Below, one piece after another: positions 40,601 through 50,839 of a stretch of 64,000 nucleotides of DNA. Source of the stretch: Gnetum montanum (Eukaryota > Plantae > Gnetophyta). The stretch covers positions 62,001 to 126,000 of the forward strand of contig MNCI01003248.1 of NCBI GenBank assembly GCA_015680685.1. Reading direction: 5' to 3'. A model generated the notes under the pieces. The model searched no databases. It had not been told where the DNA came from and saw only the letters and a program-made list of their open reading frames with translations. Each line of letters starts with the position of its first letter. The first letter of the stretch is position 1. The position numbers and the translations under genes are program-made.

Positions 40601-42754
40601 ATTGGAGGAGGGCACAAGGTTTAACTGGGCCTCCTTTCTCACTGCTAGATTGCAAGCTGAGATCACCAGACTTCACTACAACCTCCAGGCAAGGTCTCAC
40701 TTGCACTTTGCATTCTTCGCAGTGTATCTGTGAAGGTTCTTAGAGTTCTTGGTGGTTTGAGATAGTGGGCATTGGGTAGTATAGGATTGCGAATAGCTAT
40801 CCAAGCCTTGGGTCAAACACTTGTCCACCACCACTCACCGTAGGACCTCCTAGAAGGGATCGATAAGTTGTACTTAGTTATGACCAAAGCCCATTTGGGG
40901 TAGTCACGGTCACACTACTCCAATGATAATGCTGGTAAGTGTCCCCCAAACATTATTGGGGATGCAAATAAGGCTAACTGTTACATCGCAAAAATGGTGG
41001 GCCCCTTCAAGATGAAGATCAAGAGGCCATGCCTAGCAGAGAAGGCTTCCCCTACGTTGGACAGGTAGGCGTTAAGAAGATCCACCTCAAGATACCCACC
41101 TTGCATGCAAATATTATAGGTTAGTTCATGTGTAGATGTATTTTTTTTTAAAATTTTCTATGTTCATGATTTTTTATGTTTTTTCTTGTTATGTTACACT
41201 AATGTTACCATGCTATTTTTGTGAGTTAGGTGAGAGGGTTGCTGAAGTAGCGGTAGAGACAACCACTCCTCAAATTGAGCAGGAGGTGCCTAGGGAGGAC
41301 CTACATGAGGCCACGAATGCCTTCTAGCAGTTTGATGCATAGGGGCTACTCCACCTTGATGAGGGTGATTTTGCCAACCTTTTTGATGGTGTGCAGCTAG
41401 GAGATCCCCCTACTCTCACACTTGAGGGCTTACTTGGTAAGCGCTTTGAGTTGCCATCTATTTTGATTTTTTGCTTTTGCATCTTTGGATATTTAGTTTT
41501 TGCGAAATATTACATCATGTTGGGTTATAACCTTGGATGTTTTTGCCAACGATTCACCACCCGCACTTGCCCATTGCATGAAGCCATGGGTTAAGAGACC
41601 AGATAAATTCACCTTCATGGAAGCCATAGTTGAGGACATGGTGGACCACATATAGTAGTTGGATCTTGAGCTTAGTATGCATGTTATTTTGTTTTCATTG
41701 CTTTATTGATTTTATGCTTAGTTTGTGGCTAATGTTGATTTTTTGTTGCATGCCAATAGGTTCTAAGCTCCACTAGGATCTGAACTGGGTGGTCAAAGTG
41801 GATGCTATCCCCAAGTACCCTTCTGAAGTTGAGCAAGTACCTTGTTGCATGTATGAGGTAGCTAGCAAATGCATGCTTTCCAGTGTAAAAAAGTTATGGA
41901 GTTGTAGGCACTCGAATGAGCACTTGTGGAAATGCATGAGCGATATTCATGAGATAGTGGTGAGTTAGAACGAGAAGATCAGGGACCTTTAGTCCCAATA
42001 TGATTCCTTGGTGTCTTGAGTAGGGGGAGATAGTACCTGGTGGACCATAGAGATCAACTATGTCAGGTATTGGTCAGCAATCTGGGGTAAGATTGAGGCC
42101 ACCCGGGAGGTCATCGAGTAGAGGCTATAGATGGACCTGCTTGCCTAGAAGGGCCAGGAGTGGAAGAGCTTTAGTGCTAAGGTGTGTAAGTGGGGGCACA
42201 CATAGAAGGACCACAAGCACCACTATAAGCATGAGTGAGATGCATACATGTAGCAACTCAAAGAGGATTCCATGAAAGCCCACCGCCTTGAGTTGTTCGT
42301 TGAGGTGATTAGCGGGAGTTGGGCCTTTGAGATATTTGCTCATCACACAATGGTTAGTGGTTCTCCTAAGTGGGAGATCGCCATGCCGTTAGGGGAGACC
42401 TTGTTTGCCACATTTTTGATGTAGCCACTTACATGGACCACCGTGGACAAAGACAAGACCATTGTAGGTGTTGACTTTGGCCAAGAATACTAGATGCAGC
42501 TGTTAGAGCCCAAGATCCTCCCATGCTTAGATGAGGGTCTTGATAGAATACCTTCAAACATGGTCGATGTGGGACCCTCTTAGGTTAGTTTGTTTGTGTC
42601 TTTATGCCTTTTTCTATTAGTTGTATATCATACACTTGCTTATGATTTTCTATTTTGATGTTGCTATTGTTGATAGACACTAGAAAATGCTATAGTCCCT
42701 AGTGGCACAGTAGAGGAAGAGGAGCCTTCACCCCCACCTAGCACCACTAGTTAA
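37623..42754 (+). pseudogene. Multi-exon antisense accessory gene of element C (about 7 exons)
   Basis: TATATAA 37525; ATG 37623; GT-AG introns 37742-39148, 41120-41229, 41675-41759, 42584-42676; further acceptor at 40056 and donor at 41437; U-rich introns with CTAA(T/C) branch motifs; exon 2 homologous to the B gene. Confidence 0.7.
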
Positions 42755-43559
42755 GTAGATCTTGATGTAGCCCTGTCATTGGAGATTTTTGAATTTTTGT
42801 GTATTTTGTTGTATGATATAGAGGATGCGATGGGTTATACATTTTTCATGAAATGGTGTAGAAATTTTGTCATGCAGAGTGTATGATGAGTAGACTTTTG
42901 CATTTATTTGCTATGTGTTGTGCGAATGATGTGATAAATAATGCAATTGCTAGTTCTAGGCCATTTCAGGCTACATGTGTGGATAATGCTTCGAGAGTTT
43001 TAGGCTGTTTTAAGCCTCACTGATAAGGGAAATTTGATTGTCAGTTTTAGGCCATGGTAGGCTATGCATTAGTTTAAAGCCTTTTTAGGCCATGTGACAC
43101 AAGAGAGATTACTAATTTTAGGCCATGGCAGGCTGTATAGTAGTTTAAGGCCATTTTAGGCCATAGATTGCAAGTTTAAGGCCATGGTGAGTCGTGCTTT
43201 ACTAGTTTAAGGCTGTAGTGGGCCATGCTTGGTAGTTCTGGGCCATTCCGAGCCATGCAAAAAAGGAAGGAAAGGTTGCCATTTTTAGGCCTTAGCAGGC
43301 AATGACATTTTTGAATCTTTGAACCTAATGATTTTTATGTGTTTTGCTATTTTTTATATGTTAACTAACTACCAAAAGGTAATTAACTGGAAGTGTAAAC
43401 CTAGTGAAAATGCACAAGTAGAAAAAATGAACATATGTAAAATAAATAATGCAAAGAATGCTAACCAAGTGGATGTAAAATGCAATCAAAATGCAAAGAA
43501 GAAAAGCATGCAGAAATGGGGTAGGCATTGACCTAGTGCCTATTGGACCAAGGAAATGC

Positions 43560-46500
43560 CTTAGTTGAGTAGTTGTTTCTTAATTTGGTGTGGTTTAGGA
43601 GGCATGTAAAGCCTGGAGGGTACGATATGGTACTCACCCTAGTCTTTGTTAGCTATGTTGAAGGGAAATTCTGCCCACAAAGCATATTTCGAAGGGTCAG
43701 GGGCTCCTATTGGCTTTTCAAGTTGGTCTACTTCACATTTTTTGCCTTTGTCTTTTGTAGGAGGCATGTCATCAGGGAACTCCATCTCTGATTCCTGTTC
43801 AGCATCGATGTTGCTAATGGTTAGAGGGGAAGCATTGTCACCATGTATGATAATCTCTCCACCTTTGTTTCTTGATGGATTGGGGAGGAGAGGGCTCGCA
43901 GTTGGGCTAACCAGACCCTACCTAAGATCAAGTTGAAACCTAGCATCTCCTCAATCACTATGAATTCAACAGTGGTGGGGAATTTCTTCCCTACCATGAA
44001 AGCTATCATGATAGTTCCCCTTATAACAACATTCAACTCATTGAAGGACTTTAGGCATGTTATTTTTGTTGGTTGGATCTGATCAACAAGAATGAGCTTA
44101 TCAACAACCGTGTATGAGATGACATTGGCTGTCATCAACATGCACCCTACAGATTTTGCATTCTTCCATGTGGATGGTGATGAACATTAGCACAGTAATA
44201 ACTTGATCCTTCTTAGGGTCCATCTTGATTGCTTCATTGCAAAATGCCAAGGGTGTTGAACTTGATTCTTGTAAAGGGGGAGACAACATCATAGCATGAA
44301 TGGACCATTCATCCATTGGGATGTCCTTTGTGATAGGAATGGAGGTCAACATGCATACTAACGCTTCACAATGGACAAAGGAGGTCATTACCAAGTCATG
44401 TAGGCTTAACATTATGTTTTTCTATTTTAAAGCTTGCTTAACTTGGGCCAATTCATCAAGGAAGTCTTTGCCATTGTCTGTTGCTTTATTGTTGGTGGTC
44501 CTCATCTCCTCCATGTGGCCCAAGAGATGAATCTCTTGTGAAGGGGATTTAGTCCTTGCTTATTTTGTTTGCTTTGGAGCTTTAGTGCGTCATAGTGAGT
44601 TGCTTATTGTTGGAGCCTTTGTGCTCCAGTGTTGGTGGCTAGTTGTTGTAGCCTCTTCAGTTGGTTGGACCATTGGTACAGAGGACAAGGGGACAAGCTT
44701 AGGTGGGCCTAGTGCCCTTTACCCCTGGTGTTTCCTAAGCATTAAATTAACAAGATGCTTGTCAAGCCTTTTGGTTTGCCATCTTGGTTGTCTGTTGGTG
44801 TCACTTACAGGACAAGGTCTTGGGTGAGTAGGGGGTCGATGCATTGCCCACCATCAAACTTCCAATAGGTAGGGAGTTCACACATTGTGGCATCCTTATG
44901 ACAAAGGGTATTTAGGTTATTGTAGTTGCAACATGTTGTAGGGCCCTAATCACAAAGGGTATTATGGGTGCCCAAGGTGGTGCTCTGATGACAAAATGGA
45001 TCCTTGAATTAGTTGCTGTTAAGGAGGGCCCAATGTTACCAGAGGGCACACAAATCATGAATGGGTGCTGTGCTGGTTCTGTATCATCATTAATGTTGAT
45101 GGCATTGATGATGTACCCTAGATTGCTTGTGTTGAATGGGTGCTGATAAACCGCCATTGATTGGTTTTGGGGGTGCACTAGGTTGGTAGCATCAAGAACC
45201 AACTCATCCTTGGTAATTATGCATTGGATGTTGTCTTGCAAAGCCATGCAAAAGTCTATGTCATGACCTTGCAATTGGTGATACTAGCAAAATTGGTCTA
45301 ATTTGAAATGCTTAGGGACCAGGGGCTTGTTAGGCATTGCAGCTAAAGGGTTTCTGAGGAGCTCGTAATATTGATCATGCCACTTGTGAGCATCATTGGA
45401 TATTTGCTTATACTGGATGCATCCAACATGAAGCAATTGGTCTAATAGCTCTAACCACTTGATGGGCAATAGTGTATACTTCGAGTGATCATTGTGCTTG
45501 AAGTTAGGCCTTGTGGTAGTTGGTACCATGGCCACCGATGATGCAGACTGGTTATTTATCATTGGGCTAGGGCCAGTTTCCTTGTTGTTGTTGGCTAGAG
45601 CCTTGAGTGGCTTAGTCATTAATTTGGCATTGCCCAGCTTAACCTTGTTGGCCACAGTTGCAATAGTTGTGGTTGCTTACTTGCCTTTGTTCTTGTCTTT
45701 TGCCTTTTTGCATGCAAGTTTTTGTAGGCCACATAGACTGAATCCTTGTTGGCCTTTGCTACATCCTGAATGCTCTTAGTTTGAGCAAATGCTTGACTCA
45801 CGGATTGCGGGGCAAGGTAGCATAGTTTCAACTTAATGAAGTTGTTTACTGCACCTTTGTATATGGGTAGTAGGTGTGTCTCTGTGATAGGCTCGCAAAT
45901 CTTGTTGAGTGACGTGCTCCATTGTTGGATGAATTTTTGCATGGGCTCTAAGTGGCCCTACTTTACTTGCATTAGTTGGTCTACGATCATCTCAAGCTTC
46001 AAGTTGTACTTGAAGCAAGTGATGAATTGGATAAGCAATCCCTCTACAGAAGTGATGGAGGCCCTAGGGAGCACATGGCACTAATCTAGTGCCTTGTCGA
46101 TCAGGGACATGATGAACACGTGGATGATGGCATTTGGCCATGCCTATAGTAGGAGGCATTCTAATCGAAAGGTTACTAGATGGGCATTATGGTTCCCTTC
46201 ACCATTGTATTTGGTGAACTATGGGAGTGGGACCCCAGTGGACAATGCCAGTGGTGGAACTACAAGATTGATTGGATCATCTTGGTAGAAGTCCATCACA
46301 TGGATGGTTTCTAAGGAGGTGACCTTAAGTCACTTGACTTCTCTAGTAAGGATTTGGATCAGTTGGAATTCTTGATCCAGGCCAAGTGTGGTTGTAGTGG
46401 CGTGCTGTGAGGGTTGTGTTACCCATTACGGTTATTGGGTGGCCCATGACTCAACTCTAGGTTGTGTAACCACGTGCGATGCTTGTTGCATGGGCTGCAT

Positions 46501-47336
46501 CATGGGCCCCACCATGGGTTTGTGGACTTGGCCATTGTAAAGGATGTCGATAGGATGGGTAGGACGAATGATACTTGAGTCATGTATGGTGGGGAAGGAA
46601 TGTGCATGGTGTGCATGCAGGGTTGCATAGGCACAACGGTTATTGCTATGGAAGGATGGATGACCTGAACATGCTGAATGGGTTGAATAGGTTACAAAGG
46701 CTATGATGGGATGATGAAAGACACACTGAAGGGAGGACTAAAAGGAAAAGTAGCATCCTAGTGTATCTACAGCATCTGGTGGGTAGGCACCACAGGTGTT
46801 GACCTGGGTAGTGACGTCAAGTTGCAGGACTGCAGAGGAACGAAAGTAGAGGTTGTCTACTGGAATAAGGCGTGGAATAGGTTCTCATGCTCGGATTGAG
46901 CCTTGAACTCTTCTAGCTCCTCCTAGAGGGGCTCCTCATAGTTAGTCCCTCCCTTATGACTCATGTTGTGGATAAGGTGGTCTAGCATCCATTGATAATC
47001 TTCTATGTGTGGGACAAAGTCAAAATCGGAAGGAAGTCATTCCCTTCCGTCACAATACATGATCTCATAACTGCATTTGGCTTTCATTTCTTGGTGGTCT
47101 AAGGGTAAATCCACCTGGAGTTTCACACAAATAAAGTTATACTACTCTTCATTGAGCACCATGACCTTGGGAGGTAGGTTGTGCTACCTAAGAGATTATC
47201 TTTGTGCAGGGACAGGGCCCCCAACCCTAGGAAGGTCAATCTATATTTCTTGTTGAATGAGTTGGATAACAACTACACTTGAAGTGAAGGTCGAAGGCTA
47301 TTTAGGGTTCATGGTGTAAGGGAGAATGCCAAGCAT
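43560..47336 (-). pseudogene. Element C gag-protease (degenerate)
   Basis: MDFYQDDPINL; FC*YHQLQGHDIDFC CHHC knuckle; ICRVHVDDS; FNLILGRVWL protease tail. Confidence 0.85.
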
Positions 47337-47354
47337 TGCTTATGCAAAATAGGA

Positions 47355-47555
47355 AGAAAAATGGCTAAGTGCTAAAATGTAGAAAATAGCCAAGTGTGCA
47401 ACTGCTAAAAAATTGACTAAGTATAAAAATGTAGAAAATAGCTAAGTGTGCAACCACTAAAAAATAGCTAAGTGTAAAAATGCAAAAAAATGGCTAAGTC
47501 TATAGTCACTAAAAAATGGGTAAGTGTAAAAATGCAAAAAAATAGCTAAGTCCGG
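47355..47555. repeat. ~26-bp tandem repeat in the C 5'UTR
   Basis: About eight copies of AAAAAT(A/G)GCTAAGT... Confidence 0.8.
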
Positions 47556-47762
47556 GACTATGCTCAGAGCTTGCTATGCTCACTACGCTAGAGGTAGCTA
47601 CACTTTGTTAAGAACCTAGAATTTGTTCGAGTGCTAGTTATTCACTTTGGTGTTGTTTAGAGAGGTCCTAGGGGAACTGAAAATGGGGGTCCAATCTACA
47701 CTAATGGTGCAGAGAGTACGGAAGGTAATAATCAAGGGATGGTCGAAAAAGAAAATGGCAAA

Positions 47763-47781
47763 GGCCCTCCTTTTAGCACCA
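47763..47781 (-). promoter_or_regulatory. Primer binding site of C (tRNA-Asn type)
   Basis: GGCCCTCCTTTTAGCACCA, 6 nt from the 5' LTR; same PBS type as B. Confidence 0.75.
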
Positions 47782-47787
47782 AAAAAC

Positions 47788-49466
47788 TATAGTGACTAAA
47801 AATGTTAGAGGCTAGAATGGGACATCGAGAGGTCTACGGTTGCATAATCTTGACCTTGCTCCTGTGTGAGGGCTTGCTGGAAAGTGGAAGCAGGGTGCCT
47901 AGGATGGTCTTATTGATTGAACTAGGACTTACGGGTGTTACGATGAAGCGAGTGTTAAAGGGGACACAATGTTTTATGATGTCCGTCGTGTCTTTGGGTG
48001 TGAGTAGAGATTTTGAATGTAAGAACAAGGATGTAAATTGGCAAATACATGCTTGAATAGTGCAAAGTATGAGTAAAATGCTAAAAACTTAAGAAAAAAT
48101 GCATGGAATGTGAGTAAGAGAGAAAGGCACCACCCCAAATGGGGGAGCATAGTTAATTGTAAAGGAAAGTTTAGGAGGTATGCGGTGTACAACAGACACA
48201 ATAGTTGAGCATAGTCATAGTCTTAGGGTGTTTGGCCATGAAGAACTAATGTCCACCATGAAGTCTGAGCCTATCGAGTTAACTGTCGTGGTGTCCTACA
48301 AGCTATGGTGGTATACAGTGTGCCAGGTAGTGTACAATAGTGTCGCAGTGGTGTGCAATGGTGTTCCATGGTGGCCCAAAATTTGTCAAGTTGCTAAGGC
48401 TGCTCATGTGTAAGAGTGTCTATGCCCAAAATGCTAATTGCTAAATGAAAAGGCCAGCCCCTAAAACGTGAAGCACAAGGGTATTTATAGGGTTAGGGTT
48501 AGCATGAATCACGGATCAAGTGCCATGTGGTGGAGGGATAGCTGGGACTACGCTCACCCCAACTACGTTCCCACTAAAGCAACATGGTGTTCTCCTGGTG
48601 TGCTCCAATGGACCCTGTGCGATTGCCAGATTGTGACTATGCTGCCAAGACTACATGTGTGAATGTCAAATAGATCACAAAGTGCCTAAAAACAATGAAA
48701 ATAGTGTAATTTGGAGATTATGCTTTGGGGCTACGTTGCCCACTCTCTCTAGTGGGGTTAAATGTAAGTACAATTTTGGGGCAAATGAAGGGTGCAAAAG
48801 AAGTGCAAATTACTGATCTTGCTTGTCGAAGAAATGTTGGAGATGAGATGCAAGTTGGTGCTAAGTTCTAGAAGCTTTTGAAGGTAGTTTCAGTAGACTA
48901 TGCCGACTATGCTCTAGAGGGTAGCCTAAGGAGTTAGGCAAATCTTGCCAGAAAATGATGCTTTGTGCAGGCTATGCTAGCTATGCTCTAGAGCATAGTC
49001 CTAGAGGTGTGAGCATAGACTTAACACTTGGAAAAGAAACTGGTGAAGATGACGTGTCAATGGAGACTATGCTAACTATGCTGTAGAGCATAGTAGGGAG
49101 CATAGTGCTATAAGTTAGAAAATCTACGAAACTATTTTTTCAATCCCATACATGCTTAGTAGTCTCTAACCTAACACTTAGGAAAATTTGAAAAATTGGT
49201 TGTTCCAAGGCTGACTACGCTGACTACACTTTAGAGCATAGTCCTAGTAGGGTGAGTGTAGTTAGGACACTTAGGAAAATTTGCAGTTGCTATTGACACT
49301 TAAATTTTTTTTGCAAATATGGACTATTAGTATCAACTATGTTGACTATGCTCCCCACTATTGGGACTATGCTCCAGAGTTTCAACACTTAGATAAAATT
49401 TGCCAAGTTTTAACACTTAGCCAAATTTGCAATTGAGACCTGGAGCCCAAATTTAGTGGTGTTTTA
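47788..49466 (-). repeat. 5' LTR of element C
   Basis: TATAGTGACTAAAAA...GTGGTGTTTTA; aligns with 29338-30998; minus-strand TATA at 48482-48489. Confidence 0.9.
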
Positions 49467-50430
49467 GTCATAAGCTATTTTTTGGACTTCTCCACCTTTT
49501 TCCATGTTGGGGCTTCCATGCTCAGTGTGAAAACTTAGGGGGGAAAGCTTTTTGGTCATTTTTGATCAATTTGGCCATGCATGAGTGCTTGCAGGATTGC
49601 TAGCATTGGTCATTAGTGCCTGAGGTCAAGATCTAGTTGTGTTGGGGGTTATGAGGGGGGTTTTTAGGCTTCCCACTTTTTTTCCATGCTAGGGATGGAA
49701 GGCTCAGTGTGGAAGAGGTTCCTTGAATCTAGAAAGGTAGATCTAGGCCAGATTTGCAGTTGATTGACCAAGCATGTTGACCTTTGAGGTTGCCCATGTA
49801 ATGGTCAATGTTGGATGTTAATATTTGATAGTTTGGAGGCTTCTAAGTGGCTCATGAAACTTTCCCTCTTTCTTCCACGCTAGGAATGGTGGCCTCAGCA
49901 TGGATGAGAGGGAGATAATAGATTTGTGCCATTTTTAATGCATTTTGGGGCTTCTTAAAGCTTTGGAGGGTTTTGATAGGGTCTAGGGATCATCATGCAT
50001 CAAGAAATGATCATTATGTCACCAATTTAAGTCATTCTTGGCTTCCCCCCCTATAGAGCCTTCCCTAGCATGGAAAACACTAAATCCTAGGTTTTGACTA
50101 GTTTTGGTTGGGTTTGGTAAGGTTCCAAGGCTACCAGAGATGCTTGGAGGAGTTTTGGGTCATGTGGGATCCACTTTGGGGTTAAATTTGTGTTAGATGA
50201 GTGCTTGGGAGGTACGAGTGAGTGTTACCCCCCTTCTTCCACATTGGGCACTATTGGCCCAATGTGGAAATCCATTGTTCTTAGCCATTCTCATGTTTTA
50301 TCCAAATTTGAAAACCTAGGGTTGAAAAAGGTAAGTTTGGGTTACTAAAAATAGAAATATATTGTAATGTTAATAAATTTAAAAATGATAAACATGTTTC
50401 CACGTTGGGCATGGTATTCTCAGTGTGGAT
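49467..50430. repeat. Continuation of the B ~180-bp palindrome-bearing array, right of insertion C
   Basis: Palindromic sites at ~49500, ~49683, ~49873, ~50237, ~50398. Confidence 0.75.
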
Positions 50431-50839
50431 GCATCGAGGGAAGGTTGCCATAATGTTTTAAGCATTAAAATTGTTATGTTTGGTAAAAAAGGAAAGGCTC
50501 TAGGTGGGGCCCACAAGCCAAAAATTTAAAAGTTTGGAAAGTGAAGTTGTTTCCCCCCTTAAAACCAATGTAAAATAAAATTCCCCCCTTTTGCTTCATT
50601 GCACTTGTAGTCATGGTGCACTAAATTAGCAGCTGAGGTTTTCTTTAGGTTTTGATGTGTTTTATAAGTCAAAATTTGTAAATTTTGCTCATAACTGTCA
50701 TTCTTCAGCAATAGCACATTGGAGGAGAGCTTTGGTAGAGATTCTTGTGGTAGCCACAACTAATCTTCAGTATGGAAGACTTCCATATCCCTTGTAGCTA
50801 GTGTAGAACTCTCATCTTCTCCCAAACATTAAGCTTATC

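Larger units (their letters stand above)
29338..49466 (-). mobile_element. Element C: Tat-clade (Ogre/Retand-type) LTR retrotransposon, 20.1 kb, nested in the B spacer
   Basis: LTRs 29338-30998 and 47788-49466; TSD ATCAT/GTCAT; PBS 47763-47781; PPT 30999-31011; B repeat array is continuous across the insertion. Confidence 0.92.

Noticed and set aside
29338-49466. Non-canonical TA termini of the B and C LTRs as a novel end type
   Set aside because: TG survives at 20205 and 29338 and CA at 60112; the TA ends are best explained by C>T decay.
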